The notes below the pieces were generated by a model, which did no database searches, was not told the origin of the DNA, and saw only the letters and a list, made by a program, of their open reading frames with translations. 41,172 nucleotides of DNA from an uncultured Lentisphaeraceae bacterium (GTDB lineage Bacteria; Verrucomicrobiota; Kiritimatiellia; RFP12; UBA1067): assembly GCA_964400635.1 (NCBI GenBank), contig CAYNVE010000002.1, forward strand, positions 1 to 41,172, written 5' to 3'. The position numbers and the translations under genes are program-made. Below, in pieces: positions 1 through 11,184 of the stretch. Position 1 is the first letter of the stretch; each line of letters begins with the position of its first letter.

Positions 1-23
1 CTAAACACTGATGGGCGTATTTT

Positions 24-32
24 TGGTATAAT
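24..32 (+). promoter_or_regulatory. extended -10 promoter element TGGTATAAT; predicted TSS about 2 nt before ATG 41 (leaderless-type)
   Basis: Sequence ttTGGTATAAT at 24..32. The TATAAT hexamer ends 9 nt before ATG 41. No Shine-Dalgarno sequence in between. Confidence 0.5.
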
Positions 33-40
33 ATGTGCCG

Positions 41-946
41 ATGCAGAAGGTTTGTCTCTTTTTACTTGGGGTCTTTGCGGTCGTCTCGCTTGAGGCGAGC
101 TGGTACTGGCCCTTCGGCTCCGATGATGACGATCCGCCGCGCCTTTCTGAGCTCGTGCGCAAGTCGTCCGAGCTGATTGGCGAGGCGAGCGACCTCGCCG
201 CCGAGGGTAAGGTGACGGAGGCCGTCGAGAAATACCAGGAGGCCCTCGACGAACTTTCGCGCGTTGAGCGTGAGCATCCTGAGCTCGCCGAGAAGGTCGC
301 GGGCGGCACAATCAAGACGAAGAGAGCCTATGTTGAGGCGGCCATCGATTCGCTTCTCATGAATCAGGTGCGCGAGAACGCGAAGCCCGTCGCCGTGAGC
401 GACACGACGGCCCTGGAGCGGCGTCTTAAGGAGGAACGCGGTGAGAAAATCGCCGCGCCGACGGTGGTTGAGGCACCGAAAGAGGTCGCGGTGAGGAAGG
501 TGGTTGAAACCGCGCCCGCGCGCGCGAAGAAGGCGGTCGCGCCGCAGAAGAAGCCCGTCGCGCGCGCGAAGAAGACGACGCGTGCGCCACAGACGGCTCC
601 GACGCCCAAGACGCCGCGCGACGAGGCGGTGAAAGCGATTTCGGACGGCGACTACGAGAAGGCGACGCGCCTCATCGACGCGCTCCTCAACGAGCGGCCG
701 AACGACGCGGCGGCGCTGAATCTTCGCGCCGTCTGCGCGGTATCGCAGGGTGACGCGCGCGCGGCCGAGGCGGCGCTCGATCGCGCCATCCAGTCGAATC
801 CGCGCGACTACCATGCGTTCTACAACATGGCGATTCTAAAACTCGAGACACGCCAGGACGACCGTGACGGCGCGCGCCGCTACTACGAGACGGGGCGTGC
901 GCTCGGCGGGCCGCGCGACGAGGCAATTGAGGAGATGCTCAAATGA
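41..946 (+). CDS. secreted TPR-repeat protein, function unknown
   Basis: Signal-peptide-like N-terminus MQKVCLFLLGVFAVVSLEA, then a Lys/Ala/Pro-rich linker. C-terminal TPR-like helices (NDAAALNLRAVCAVSQGDARAAEAALDRAIQSNPRDYHAFYNMAIL). The ORF track starts at GTG 35, which lies inside the predicted promoter spacing, so ATG 41 is preferred. Confidence 0.7.
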   Translation: MQKVCLFLLGVFAVVSLEASWYWPFGSDDDDPPRLSELVRKSSELIGEASDLAAEGKVTEAVEKYQEALDELSRVEREHPELAEKVAGGTIKTKRAYVEAAIDSLLMNQVRENAKPVAVSDTTALERRLKEERGEKIAAPTVVEAPKEVAVRKVVETAPARAKKAVAPQKKPVARAKKTTRAPQTAPTPKTPRDEAVKAISDGDYEKATRLIDALLNERPNDAAALNLRAVCAVSQGDARAAEAALDRAIQSNPRDYHAFYNMAILKLETRQDDRDGARRYYETGRALGGPRDEAIEEMLK

Positions 947-1518
947 TTGGTCTTCTCGCGAGCGCGCTTATCTCGGCCTCGGCTTCGGCCGCAGAGCTTG
1001 TTTCGACGTGCCGCGCGATGATTCCCGAATCGGTCGAACTTTCGGGGCAGATTGTCATGCGTTCGCGGCGTGGCATCACGATGGCCGAGCACGACTATGT
1101 GCTGAGGCGCGAGAAGGATTTCACGCACCTTTCTATCGACGGCGCGGCACTCGACCTCGCGAAGGAGGAGAAAACCGCCTCGCTCCTCGGAACGGATGTC
1201 ACGGTCTCGGATCTGACGCTCGACTACCTGTGGTGGGATGATGTCTCCTTTGACGCCGAACGCGAGGGCGAGAGCGTGAACGCCTGCGTCTGCTCGGTCG
1301 TCGTCTTGCGTCAGGGCGCACGCACCGTCCGCGCGTGGATTGACCGCAAGACGGGCGCGCTCATGCAGGCGGAGGAGTGGCGCGAGGATAAGCCCGTCCG
1401 CCGCCTCTGGGGGACGCGGCTTAAGAAATTTGGTGACCGCTGGATGGCGAACGTCTTGGAAGTCGAGACGCTCTCATCGGGGCATCGTACGAAAATCACA
1501 GTGGAGACGCTCACATGA
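943..1518 (+). CDS. exported protein, tentatively LolA-like / outer-membrane lipoprotein-sorting fold
   Basis: Signal peptide MIGLLASALISASASA. About 190 aa, with a C-terminal pattern RLWGTRLKKFGDRWMANVLEVE reminiscent of LolA-like proteins. ATGA overlap with the upstream gene. The functional call is tentative. Confidence 0.55.
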   Translation: MIGLLASALISASASAAELVSTCRAMIPESVELSGQIVMRSRRGITMAEHDYVLRREKDFTHLSIDGAALDLAKEEKTASLLGTDVTVSDLTLDYLWWDDVSFDAEREGESVNACVCSVVVLRQGARTVRAWIDRKTGALMQAEEWREDKPVRRLWGTRLKKFGDRWMANVLEVETLSSGHRTKITVETLT

Positions 1519-2450
1519 AGAAAGAGACAAAAGCGAAGAAGAACATCGTGAAAAAAATCCTGATCGGCCTTGGGTGCTTCCTGGCGCTGATCCTCGTCAT
1601 CCTGCTCGCGCACCCGCTCTGGATCAGCCCCGTCGCGCGGCTCGCCGTCGGCACAATCGGGCCGCACTTAACAGGCGTTGATATGTCGCTCGGCAAATGC
1701 TCCGTGAATCTCTATTCGGGTCATGTCGAGATTGCGGGCTTTAATATGGCGAACCCGGCGGGCTGCCGCGAGACGTCGGCCGTGCGCCTTGATTCGCTCG
1801 ACCTCCGCTTCTCGACGCTCTCGGTTTTGAGCGATGTCATCCGCGTCAAGTCCGTTGAGATCGACGGCGTCTTCGCGTCTTACGAGAAGGCGGCCTCGGG
1901 CAAGTACAATCTCTTTGAGATTCTCGATACGCTGAACGACTCGCTCGGTCTGGACGAGGGCGAGGAGGTCGCGCAGGCTGAGTCGGACGCGCCGAAGACG
2001 CCTGAAGAGGCGAAGGCGGCCGCCGAGAAAGCCGCCGCAGAGGCCGAGAAGAAGGCTGCGGAGGAGGCCGCGGAAGAGGCGGCCGAGGAGGAGGAAGGTC
2101 AGAAGATCGCCATCAAGCACATCTCGATTTCGGGTGTCGTCGTCTCGACCCTCGGCGTGAAGATGCCGATTCCGCCGATCACGATCAATGACATCGGCAC
2201 GGAGTCGGACGGCGTTTCGCTCTCGAGCGCGGGTGCGGAGATCCTCTCCAAGCTTCAGGGCTCGCTCGGCTCCATCGGCGAGGGACTCTCGTCGCTCGGC
2301 GCGGCCGGGCTTGACGCGAGCGCGGATGCCGTCTCGGGCGCGGTCGACGCCGTCAAGGAGCTGAATCTCGATGGCGCGACGGACGCGCTTAAAGGCGCGG
2401 GCGAGGGGCTTAAATCGGTCGGCGACGACCTGAAGGGTCTCTTCAAGTAG
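1515..2450 (+). CDS. membrane-anchored AsmA-like N-terminal domain protein with Ala/Glu-rich low-complexity region
   Basis: N-terminal TM helix (ILIGLGCFLALILVILLA). LTGVDMSLGKCSVNLYSGHVEIAGFNMANPAG...VKSVEIDGVFASYE resembles the AsmA/DUF748 N-terminal domain. It is followed by the AEKAAAEAEKKAAEEAAEEAAEEEE tract. ATGA overlap with the upstream gene. Confidence 0.6.
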   Translation: MKKETKAKKNIVKKILIGLGCFLALILVILLAHPLWISPVARLAVGTIGPHLTGVDMSLGKCSVNLYSGHVEIAGFNMANPAGCRETSAVRLDSLDLRFSTLSVLSDVIRVKSVEIDGVFASYEKAASGKYNLFEILDTLNDSLGLDEGEEVAQAESDAPKTPEEAKAAAEKAAAEAEKKAAEEAAEEAAEEEEGQKIAIKHISISGVVVSTLGVKMPIPPITINDIGTESDGVSLSSAGAEILSKLQGSLGSIGEGLSSLGAAGLDASADAVSGAVDAVKELNLDGATDALKGAGEGLKSVGDDLKGLFK

Positions 2451-2500
2451 AGTGTCGAAAATCCGTTTCAGAAAACAAAAAAGAAAAGGCAAGAAAGAAA

Positions 2501-4951
2501 ATGACGAAGAAGAAAGACCGGCGCGTTGAAATGTCCGTTGAGGGTCTCGCGGAAGACTTCGCGTGGCACCTCCGCTACACGCTCGCCAAGGGCGACACGC
2601 GCGCGACGCCGCGCGACGAATACACGGCGTTCGCGACGGCGGTGCGCGACCGCATCGTGGAGCGTTGGATCTCCACGCAGGAGGAATATGACCGCCAGAA
2701 CACGAAGAGGGTCTACTATTTGTCGCTTGAGTTCCTCATCGGCCGCCTGCTCGGCAATAACGTCATCAACCTGAAGGCCGACAAGACGTGCGATGCGGCG
2801 TTGAAGACGTTCGGCATCGACTGGCAGAGCCTACGCGATTATGAGACGGACGCGGGTCTCGGCAACGGCGGCCTCGGTCGTCTCGCCGCGTGCTACATCG
2901 ACTCGATGTCGACCTTGAACCTCGCGGGCATGGGCTACGGCCTTCGCTACGACTACGGCATCTTCCGCCAGAAGATCGTGGGTGGCTGCCAGGTCGAGGA
3001 ACCTGATCAGTGGCTCAAGGACGGCTATCCGTGGGAGATGGCGCGCCCTGAGTATGCGCAGCAGGTTCACTTCGGCGGCCATGTTGAGTGCCTCACCGAG
3101 GGCGGCCGGCAGAAGTGGATTTGGGTCCCCGCCGAGACGGTGCAGGGCGTCCCCTATGACTTGCCGATCGTCGGCTACGACAAGGCCGTCAACTCGCTGC
3201 GTCTCTGGAGCGCGCGCGCCGTGGATGACTTTGACCTCGCGGACTTCAACAAGGGTTCGTATGTCGAGGCGGTCGAGACGAAGGTGCTCGCTGAGAACCT
3301 CACGAAGGTGCTCTACCCGAACGACAACACGATGCAGGGCAAGGAACTGCGCCTCCGTCAGCAGTACTTCTTCGTGAGCTGCTCGCTGCGCGACATCCTG
3401 CGCCGCTTCCACCGCACGAACAAGTCGATCTCGGATTTGCCGAACAAGGCGTTCATCCATTTGAACGACACGCACCCGACGCTCGTCATCCCCGAGTTGA
3501 TGCGCATCCTCATCGACGAGGAGGGGCTCGACTGGGATCAGGCGTGGGATCTGACCCAGCGTGCCACGGGCTACACGAACCACACGATTCTTCAGGAAGC
3601 GCTTGAGAAGTGGCCGGTCGCGATGATGGAGCGACTCCTGCCGCGCCATCTGCAGATCATCTACGAAATCAACGGCCGCTTCCTCCAGAAGATCTCGGCG
3701 CTCTACCCGGGCGACGTCGCAAAGCTCCGCCGCATGTCGCTCATCGACGAGAGCGGCGAGCGTTACGTGCGCATGGCGAACCTCTGCCTCGTCGGCACCT
3801 CGTCGGTGAACGGCGTTGCTGAACTTCACACGCAGATCTTGAAGGAGAATCTCTTCAAGGACTTCTACGAGCTCTGGCCGGAGAAGTTCCACAACGTGAC
3901 AAACGGCATCACGCCGCGCCGTTGGCTTTTGAAGGCGAATCCCGCGCTCTCGAGTCTCATCTCCGAGGCAATCGGGGAAAACTGGATCACGCACTTGGAT
4001 GAGCTCAAGAAACTCGAGGCCTTCGCGTCCGATGCATCCTTCCTCACATCGCTCGCGAAAATCAAGCGCGCGAACAAGGAGGCTCTCGCGGCCTACGCCT
4101 CGCGCCATCTCGGCATCACGCTCAACCCCGAGGCGATCTTCGATGTCCAGGTGAAGCGGCTGCATGAGTACAAGCGCCAGCTTATGCTCGCGCTCTACAT
4201 CATCATCTTCTATAACCGTCTCCTGAATGACCCGACGTTCGACCCGAAGCCGCGCCAGTTCATCTTCGCGGCGAAGGCGGCACCGGGCTACTATGTGGCG
4301 AAGCTCATCATTCGCCTCATTCACGGCATCGCGCAGGTCGTCAACTCGAACGCGAAGACGCGCGGCAAGCTTTCCGTCGCGTTCCTGCCGGACTACCGCG
4401 TCTCGCTTGCTGAGAAGATTATGCCGGCCTCTGAGGTCTCCGAGCAGATCTCGCTCGCGGGTATGGAGGCGTCGGGGACGGGCAACATGAAGTTCATGAT
4501 GAACGGCGCGCTGACGCTCGGCACCTACGACGGCGCGAATGTTGAAATCAACCAGGAGGTCGGCGACGAGAATATGTTCCTCTTCGGCCTGCGCACCGAG
4601 GACGTCGCGCGTCTGCGCCCGACCTACGTCTCGCGCGACTACTACAAGAAGAACCCTGAGATCAAACTCGCGCTCGACATGATCCGCTCGAATGTCTTCT
4701 CGGTGCTTGAGCCGGGACTCTTCGACCCGATCATCCGCAACCTCCTCGACTACAACGACTACTACATGCTTCTCGCCGACCTCGAGGACTACTGCCGTGC
4801 GCAGGACCTCGTGGACGCGACATATCGCGACGCGAAGAAGTGGAACAAGATGTCGCTCATCAACATCGCGCGTTCGGGGCGCTTCTCGTCCGACCGCGCC
4901 GTCATGGAGTACGCGAAGAACATCTGGCACATTGAGCCAGTGACGCTCTAA
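2501..4951 (+). CDS. glgP: glycogen/maltodextrin phosphorylase
   Basis: 816 aa. GLGNGGLGRLAACY and the PLP-lysine motif EASGTGNMKFMMNGALTLGTYDGANVEI are present. The leader is A-rich and carries aaagg/agaaag SD-like sequences. Confidence 0.95.
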   Translation: MTKKKDRRVEMSVEGLAEDFAWHLRYTLAKGDTRATPRDEYTAFATAVRDRIVERWISTQEEYDRQNTKRVYYLSLEFLIGRLLGNNVINLKADKTCDAALKTFGIDWQSLRDYETDAGLGNGGLGRLAACYIDSMSTLNLAGMGYGLRYDYGIFRQKIVGGCQVEEPDQWLKDGYPWEMARPEYAQQVHFGGHVECLTEGGRQKWIWVPAETVQGVPYDLPIVGYDKAVNSLRLWSARAVDDFDLADFNKGSYVEAVETKVLAENLTKVLYPNDNTMQGKELRLRQQYFFVSCSLRDILRRFHRTNKSISDLPNKAFIHLNDTHPTLVIPELMRILIDEEGLDWDQAWDLTQRATGYTNHTILQEALEKWPVAMMERLLPRHLQIIYEINGRFLQKISALYPGDVAKLRRMSLIDESGERYVRMANLCLVGTSSVNGVAELHTQILKENLFKDFYELWPEKFHNVTNGITPRRWLLKANPALSSLISEAIGENWITHLDELKKLEAFASDASFLTSLAKIKRANKEALAAYASRHLGITLNPEAIFDVQVKRLHEYKRQLMLALYIIIFYNRLLNDPTFDPKPRQFIFAAKAAPGYYVAKLIIRLIHGIAQVVNSNAKTRGKLSVAFLPDYRVSLAEKIMPASEVSEQISLAGMEASGTGNMKFMMNGALTLGTYDGANVEINQEVGDENMFLFGLRTEDVARLRPTYVSRDYYKKNPEIKLALDMIRSNVFSVLEPGLFDPIIRNLLDYNDYYMLLADLEDYCRAQDLVDATYRDAKKWNKMSLINIARSGRFSSDRAVMEYAKNIWHIEPVTL

Positions 4952-4956
4952 GGTCG

Positions 4957-5730
4957 ATGAAGGACGCGCGCGAAGAATGGTATGACGCCTCACGCGGTGT
5001 GGCGGTGACGATTGTGGATGTCACCTCCGCCGCGCAGGCGCTCGCGCGTGGCCATCTTGCTGGCCCGACGGCCGCATATTATCTTGCGAAGGCACTCGCG
5101 GCCGCCGCGCTTCTCGCTTCGGAGACGAGCGAGGAGGGCGAAGTTCTCTCCCTCCAGATGAAGGGCACGGGACCTTTGGGCGGCCTTAATGTCGAGTGTT
5201 CGCAAGAGGGGAAACTTCGTGGCTACACCGAGAAGAAGGTCCTCGATGCCTTCGATGGGCTTGGAACGCCGAAGGATGCGGCCGTCCTCGGCAAGACGAG
5301 CCTTCAAGTGACGCGCTCCGTTCCAGGGCGCATCCTCTCGCAAGGAATCTCCTCGTCGCTCGACGGCTATCTCGCAGGCTCGCTACAGCGTAAGGCGACG
5401 ATTCAACTCGAGGCGGCCGTCACGGACGACGTCGAGATTTTGGAGGCGCGCGGCGTTCTCATCGAGGAGATGCCCGACGCCGCGTCAACGGGCGTTCTCG
5501 GCGTTCGTTTGAAGTCCCTCAACGTCTCTTCGCGCCGCATTCTTGACCTCCTCTCGCTCAAGGGGGCGGAACTCAAGAAGACGACGCCGCTCGCTTTCGG
5601 GTGCCGCTGTTCGCCCGAGCGAGCGAAGGCGATGCTGGCGGCTCTTCCCGAGGCGGAGCGCGCGTCGTTGCCCGCGCGTGTGGATGTGACGTGCCACATG
5701 TGTGGGCGTACGTTCAGCGTGGAAAGGTAG
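4957..5730 (+). CDS. hslO: Hsp33-family redox-regulated chaperone
   Basis: N-terminal Hsp33-like region (ALARGHLAGPTAAYYLAKAL...LQMKGTGPLGGL). C-terminal zinc switch CRCS(x33)CHMCG. Confidence 0.85.
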   Translation: MKDAREEWYDASRGVAVTIVDVTSAAQALARGHLAGPTAAYYLAKALAAAALLASETSEEGEVLSLQMKGTGPLGGLNVECSQEGKLRGYTEKKVLDAFDGLGTPKDAAVLGKTSLQVTRSVPGRILSQGISSSLDGYLAGSLQRKATIQLEAAVTDDVEILEARGVLIEEMPDAASTGVLGVRLKSLNVSSRRILDLLSLKGAELKKTTPLAFGCRCSPERAKAMLAALPEAERASLPARVDVTCHMCGRTFSVER

Positions 5731-5740
5731 GAGAAAGAAA

Positions 5741-6898
5741 ATGGAAAACCGCGTCGTCGTCGAGATCCATCTGGACGCGCTCATTCGCAACTATCGGAAG
5801 ATCGTCGCCGCCGTGCGGCCGATGAAGGTCTTGTCCGTCTTAAAGGCGAACGCCTATGGCCTGGGCGTTGCCGCCTACGCAAAGGCGCTTCTCAAGGCGG
5901 GGTGCACGGACTTTGGCGTTGCCGAGCCGCACGAGGCGTTGGAGCTTCTTGACGTCTTCAAGGCCGAGAAGGGGCCTCGCGCGCGCGCCTCCGTGCAGAT
6001 TCTCTCGTCGATCCTCCCCGATGAGATCGATGAGATGGTGAGAGCGGGCGTCGTCCTGCCTGTCACGGATTTCGAGACGGCCACGCGCATCTCGAAGGCC
6101 GCCGCGCGCGCGAAAACCGTTGCGCGCGTTCACGTGAAGCTCGACACGGGGATGGGACGGCTCGGCATCCTCGCCTCGGACGAGGGCGGCGCGGCGCGCG
6201 CGATCGAGACAATCCGCCGCGTGCGCGCGCTCGATCGACTCGATTGCGAGGGCATCTTCACGCACTGCCCGATGGCGTATGAGCGGAAAGATCCTTTCAC
6301 CGCGCGGCAGATTCGTCTCTTTAAGTCGATCCTCGCCCAACTCGCCCGCGAGGGGATCACGTTCCGAAACGTGCACATGGCCGCGTCGGATGCGATCAAC
6401 AACTTTCCCGAAACGGCGAAGGCTCCGTTCACGATGGTGCGCACGGGGCTTAATCTCCACGGGAGTTTCGACCCGTGTGGGCTCAAGCGCCTTCATGTTG
6501 AGCCAGTCTTGACGCTCAAGACGCGCGTCGCTCAGGTGCGTGACCTTCCGGCGGGGACGACGCTTGGCTATGGCCGCACATGGTGCCTCAATCGCCCCTC
6601 GAAGATTGCGACCATCTCGGCGGGATACGCCGATGGTTTGCCACTCGCACTCACGAATCGAGGCTTCGTTTTTGTCGGCGCTCGTCGCTGCCCGATTGTG
6701 GGGCGCATCTCGATGGACTACACGACGGTGGACGTGACGGGGCTTGACGGCGTTAAGGCGGGCGACGAGGTTATCTGTCTTGGCGCGTGCGGTCGCGACG
6801 CGATTACGCCCGACGACTGGGCCGCTTTGAAGGGGACGCATCCCTACGACATCATCTGTTCGCTTGGAAGCCGCGTGAGGCGGCTCGTCCGCGCGTGA
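5741..6898 (+). CDS. alr: alanine racemase
   Basis: PLP-lysine motif VLKANAYGLG. Typical length and C-terminal region (GYADG, ISMDY). SD ggagaaag precedes ATG 5741, so the ORF-track start at 5702 is probably an upstream extension. Confidence 0.9.
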   Translation: MENRVVVEIHLDALIRNYRKIVAAVRPMKVLSVLKANAYGLGVAAYAKALLKAGCTDFGVAEPHEALELLDVFKAEKGPRARASVQILSSILPDEIDEMVRAGVVLPVTDFETATRISKAAARAKTVARVHVKLDTGMGRLGILASDEGGAARAIETIRRVRALDRLDCEGIFTHCPMAYERKDPFTARQIRLFKSILAQLAREGITFRNVHMAASDAINNFPETAKAPFTMVRTGLNLHGSFDPCGLKRLHVEPVLTLKTRVAQVRDLPAGTTLGYGRTWCLNRPSKIATISAGYADGLPLALTNRGFVFVGARRCPIVGRISMDYTTVDVTGLDGVKAGDEVICLGACGRDAITPDDWAALKGTHPYDIICSLGSRVRRLVRA

Positions 6899-6905
6899 GG
6901 CGTTG

Positions 6906-6914
6906 TGGTATAAT
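6906..6914 (+). promoter_or_regulatory. extended -10 promoter element (TG)TGGTATAAT for ilvE; roughly 40-nt leader with SD
   Basis: gtTGTGGTATAATac at 6903..6916. aaggag SD at 6952..6957, before ATG 6963. Confidence 0.5.
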
Positions 6915-6962
6915 ACTCTACTTATAAGACCGATTTCAAAAAAGAAAAAACAAGGAGTCACA

Positions 6963-7991
6963 ATGAAAGCACCGAAGAAGGGTATCGAATGGGAGAAGCT
7001 TGGGTTCGGCTTCTCGGATGTCAACTGTCATCTGCGCATGACGTGGAAGAACGGCAAGTGGTCGAAGCCGACATTCGTCAAGGATCCGTGGATCAACATG
7101 CACATCGGCGCGGCGTGTCTCCATTACGGGCAGGAGTGCTTCGAGGGCATCAAGGCGTTTCGTCAGAAGAGCGGTAAGATTGTCATCTTCCGCCCCGAAG
7201 AAAACGGCAAGCGTATGCATCGCACGGCGATTCGCACGTGCATGCCGCCGATTCCCGTCGAGACGTTCGTTGACTGCTGCAAGGCGATCGTGAAGAAGAA
7301 CGCCGAGTATGTGCCGCCGTACGGGACGGGCGGGTCGATGTATCTGCGTCCGCTCTTGATCGGCACAGGTCCGCAGATTGGCGTCGCGCCGGCGAAGGAG
7401 TATACGTTCATGATCATGGTCATGCCGGTTGGCGCGTATTATAAGGGCGGCATCAAGCCCGTCCGCGCGGTGATCTTCGACCAGTGGGATCGCGCCGCGC
7501 CGCATGGCATGGGCGACGTCAAGGTTGGTGGCAACTACGCCGCGGGCATCTTCGCGCACGAGAAGGCGAAGAAGGAGGGCTGGCCCGTCGAGCTCTACCT
7601 CGACGCGAAGACGCACAAGTACATCGAGGAGTTCGCGACCTCCAACTTCGCGGGTATCACGAAGGACGGCAAGTACGTGACGCCCGATAGCGGCTCGGTT
7701 CTCCCGTCCGTCACGAACATGTCGCTTAAAGCGTGTGCGAAGGATCTCGGCATCAAGGTCGAGTGCCGCCCTGTGCCCTACACGGAACTTAAGAAGTTCA
7801 AGGCGGTTGCCGCGCTCGGCACGGCCGTCGTCATCACGCCCGTCTGGGAAATTACGCGCGGCAAGGATGTCATCAAGATCTCTGATCCCGAGGTCGTCGA
7901 CCCGACGCTCCAGAAGCTCTATGATCGCGTTCAGGGCATCCAGTACGGTACGGTCAAGGACGTGCACGGCTGGTGCACGGAAGTGAAATAA
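6963..7991 (+). CDS. ilvE: branched-chain amino acid aminotransferase (class IV)
   Basis: LHYGQECFEGIKAF, MYLRPLLIGTG and GGNYAAG motifs. About 342 aa counted from ATG 6963, which has an SD. Confidence 0.9.
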   Translation: MKAPKKGIEWEKLGFGFSDVNCHLRMTWKNGKWSKPTFVKDPWINMHIGAACLHYGQECFEGIKAFRQKSGKIVIFRPEENGKRMHRTAIRTCMPPIPVETFVDCCKAIVKKNAEYVPPYGTGGSMYLRPLLIGTGPQIGVAPAKEYTFMIMVMPVGAYYKGGIKPVRAVIFDQWDRAAPHGMGDVKVGGNYAAGIFAHEKAKKEGWPVELYLDAKTHKYIEEFATSNFAGITKDGKYVTPDSGSVLPSVTNMSLKACAKDLGIKVECRPVPYTELKKFKAVAALGTAVVITPVWEITRGKDVIKISDPEVVDPTLQKLYDRVQGIQYGTVKDVHGWCTEVK

Positions 7992-9631
7992 GCCGTCTGC
8001 CCGAAATTCTTCTCAGACTCCTCAACGCACGCGGCCTTAAGGGCGCGGCGCTTGAGGCGTATCTGAATCCGTCTCTTAAAGATCTCGCTGAGCCTCAGTC
8101 GCTGCCCGGCATCGAGGCGGCGACGGAGGTCATCCTCGCGAGTGTCGCGCGAAAGGAGAAGATCGTCATCTTCGGCGATTACGACTGCGATGGCATCTCG
8201 GCGACGGCGATCCTCATGAAGACGATTTCAGCGATTGCACCCGAGGTCCCGCTTGCCGCGTTCTTGCCCGATCGACTCACCGAGGGCTACGGCATGAGCG
8301 CGCCTTCGCTCAAGCGCCTCCTTGAGGAGCACGGCGACGTGAAACTCGTTGTCACCGTCGACAACGGCATCAACGCGGTCGAACCCGTCGCCGCTTTGCG
8401 TGCGCGTGGCATCCGCGTCGTTATCACCGACCACCATCTTCCCGGTGAGACAGGACCCGAGGCGGACGCGCTTGTCAACCCGAAGGTCGCCGCGCCCGCC
8501 GCGCTCGAGTCGCTCTGTGGCGCGGCTGTCGCCTATATGCTCGCGGGTGCGCTCGTCATGGAGGCGAAGCGGCGTGGCCTTTACGCGGGCGCGCCTGTCG
8601 CCGGTCCTCTTCTCGTCCTCGCCGCGCTCGCGACGGTGACCGACATCATGCCGCTTTTGGGGCAGAACCGCATTCTTGTCTCGGAGGCACTTCGACACTT
8701 CCCGACGTGGGCACCGATGGGCCTGCGCGAACTTCATGCGCGTGCGGCGCGCACGGGTTCTGATCGCCTGACTTCGCGTGACTTCGGCTTCCTGCTCGGC
8801 CCGCGCATCAACGCGGCGGGGCGCATGTCCGATGGGCGCGACGCGCTCGCGCTGATGATGGAGGACGATCGCGAGAAGGTGCGTGAACTCGCGCTCAAGA
8901 TCGATCGGCACAATGACGCGCGCAAGCGGACGGAGCAGGAACTCACGAACGAGGCGCTCAAGAAGGTTGTTCCGGGTGCCCCCGCGCAGGTGATCAACTT
9001 GCCCGAGGGCCACCCTGGCGTCGCCGGCATCGTGGCGGCGCGCGTTTTGGAAAGCCTCCATGTCCCCGTCTGCGTTCTCGCGGGTGGTCACGGCTCGGCG
9101 CGCGCGCCCGAGGGGTTCAATTTGCGCGAGGCCTTCGTTGCGTGTGCGGCGCACCTCGCGACCTTCGGCGGACATGCCGCGGCGGGCGGGTTCTCGACGA
9201 AGAAAGGCGAAGTCGATGCCTTCCGAGAGGCCCTCTGCGCGTATGCGCGTGCTCACCGCACGCAAACGTCTGCCGAGACGACCTGTGCGCCAGAAGTTTG
9301 GATTGAGACTTCCGACGTCACGCTCGATCTCGCCGAGGCCGTGACGCGCCTCGAGCCGTTCGGCGAGGCGAACCCCGAGCCCGTCTTCGGCATCCGTCGC
9401 GCGCTCTTTACCGAGGTGCGCTCTCTCTCGCAGGGTAAGCACCTCTCCTTCGCTATCGCTTCCTCGTCGCACGCCTCCCGTGGCAGCTTAAGGGGCGTTT
9501 GGTGGGGGCACGGCGATGAGGTCGCACGCCTTAAGGCCGCGCCGACGACACCGCACGACATCGTCTTCTCCCTCGTCGTTTCGGACTACGGCGAGCGTCA
9601 CGCCGAACTTCATCTGCGCGCCATCCTTTAG
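7973..9631 (+). CDS. recJ: single-stranded-DNA-specific exonuclease RecJ
   Basis: DHH-family motifs FGDYDCDGISA, VTVDNGI and ITDHHLP, plus a DHHA1-like GGHAAAGG. The start (GTG 7973, overlapping the ilvE end) is uncertain. Confidence 0.88.
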   Translation: MHGSEISRLPEILLRLLNARGLKGAALEAYLNPSLKDLAEPQSLPGIEAATEVILASVARKEKIVIFGDYDCDGISATAILMKTISAIAPEVPLAAFLPDRLTEGYGMSAPSLKRLLEEHGDVKLVVTVDNGINAVEPVAALRARGIRVVITDHHLPGETGPEADALVNPKVAAPAALESLCGAAVAYMLAGALVMEAKRRGLYAGAPVAGPLLVLAALATVTDIMPLLGQNRILVSEALRHFPTWAPMGLRELHARAARTGSDRLTSRDFGFLLGPRINAAGRMSDGRDALALMMEDDREKVRELALKIDRHNDARKRTEQELTNEALKKVVPGAPAQVINLPEGHPGVAGIVAARVLESLHVPVCVLAGGHGSARAPEGFNLREAFVACAAHLATFGGHAAAGGFSTKKGEVDAFREALCAYARAHRTQTSAETTCAPEVWIETSDVTLDLAEAVTRLEPFGEANPEPVFGIRRALFTEVRSLSQGKHLSFAIASSSHASRGSLRGVWWGHGDEVARLKAAPTTPHDIVFSLVVSDYGERHAELHLRAIL

Positions 9632-9636
9632 GAATG

Positions 9637-9645
9637 TGATACAAT
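9637..9645 (+). promoter_or_regulatory. extended -10 promoter element (TG)TGATACAAT; hexamer ends exactly 7 nt before ATG 9652 (leaderless)
   Basis: aaTGTGATACAATatccctATG. No SD. Confidence 0.5.
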
Positions 9646-9651
9646 ATCCCT

Positions 9652-11180
<1,529 letters not shown>

Positions 11181-11184
<4 letters not shown>

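Noticed and set aside
2564-2581. TGGCAC hexamers as possible sigma-54 -24 elements. They occur at 2564, 4923, 12726, 15604, 23815, 38216 and 38767 on the plus strand, and there are several on the minus strand.
   Set aside because: All lie inside coding sequences and none has a TTGC -12 element at the correct 5-nt spacing.
2831-4993. Very long antisense ORFs in the six-frame track. Examples are 720 aa opposite glgP, 521 aa at 32175..33740 opposite parC, and 490 aa at 13951..15423 opposite the GYF gene. Others are 394 aa at 5840..7024, 387 aa at 9628..10791 and 414 aa at 8228..9472 and 11214..12458.
   Set aside because: Their translations are Arg/Leu/Asp/His-rich low-information sequence with no motifs. 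The opposite strand encodes unmistakable enzymes in each case. Long stop-free antisense frames are expected in GC-rich, GC3-biased DNA.
5702-5740. N-terminal extensions in the ORF track. The track starts are 35, 5702, 6903, 11148, 16898, 17932, 24232, 28267, 30036, 35967(-), 36497(-) and 39679.
   Set aside because: In each case an internal ATG gives the family-typical N-terminus. That ATG is also either preceded by an SD, forms an ATGA/TAATG overlap with the upstream stop, or sits right after an extended -10 element. The extensions would read through promoters or upstream genes.
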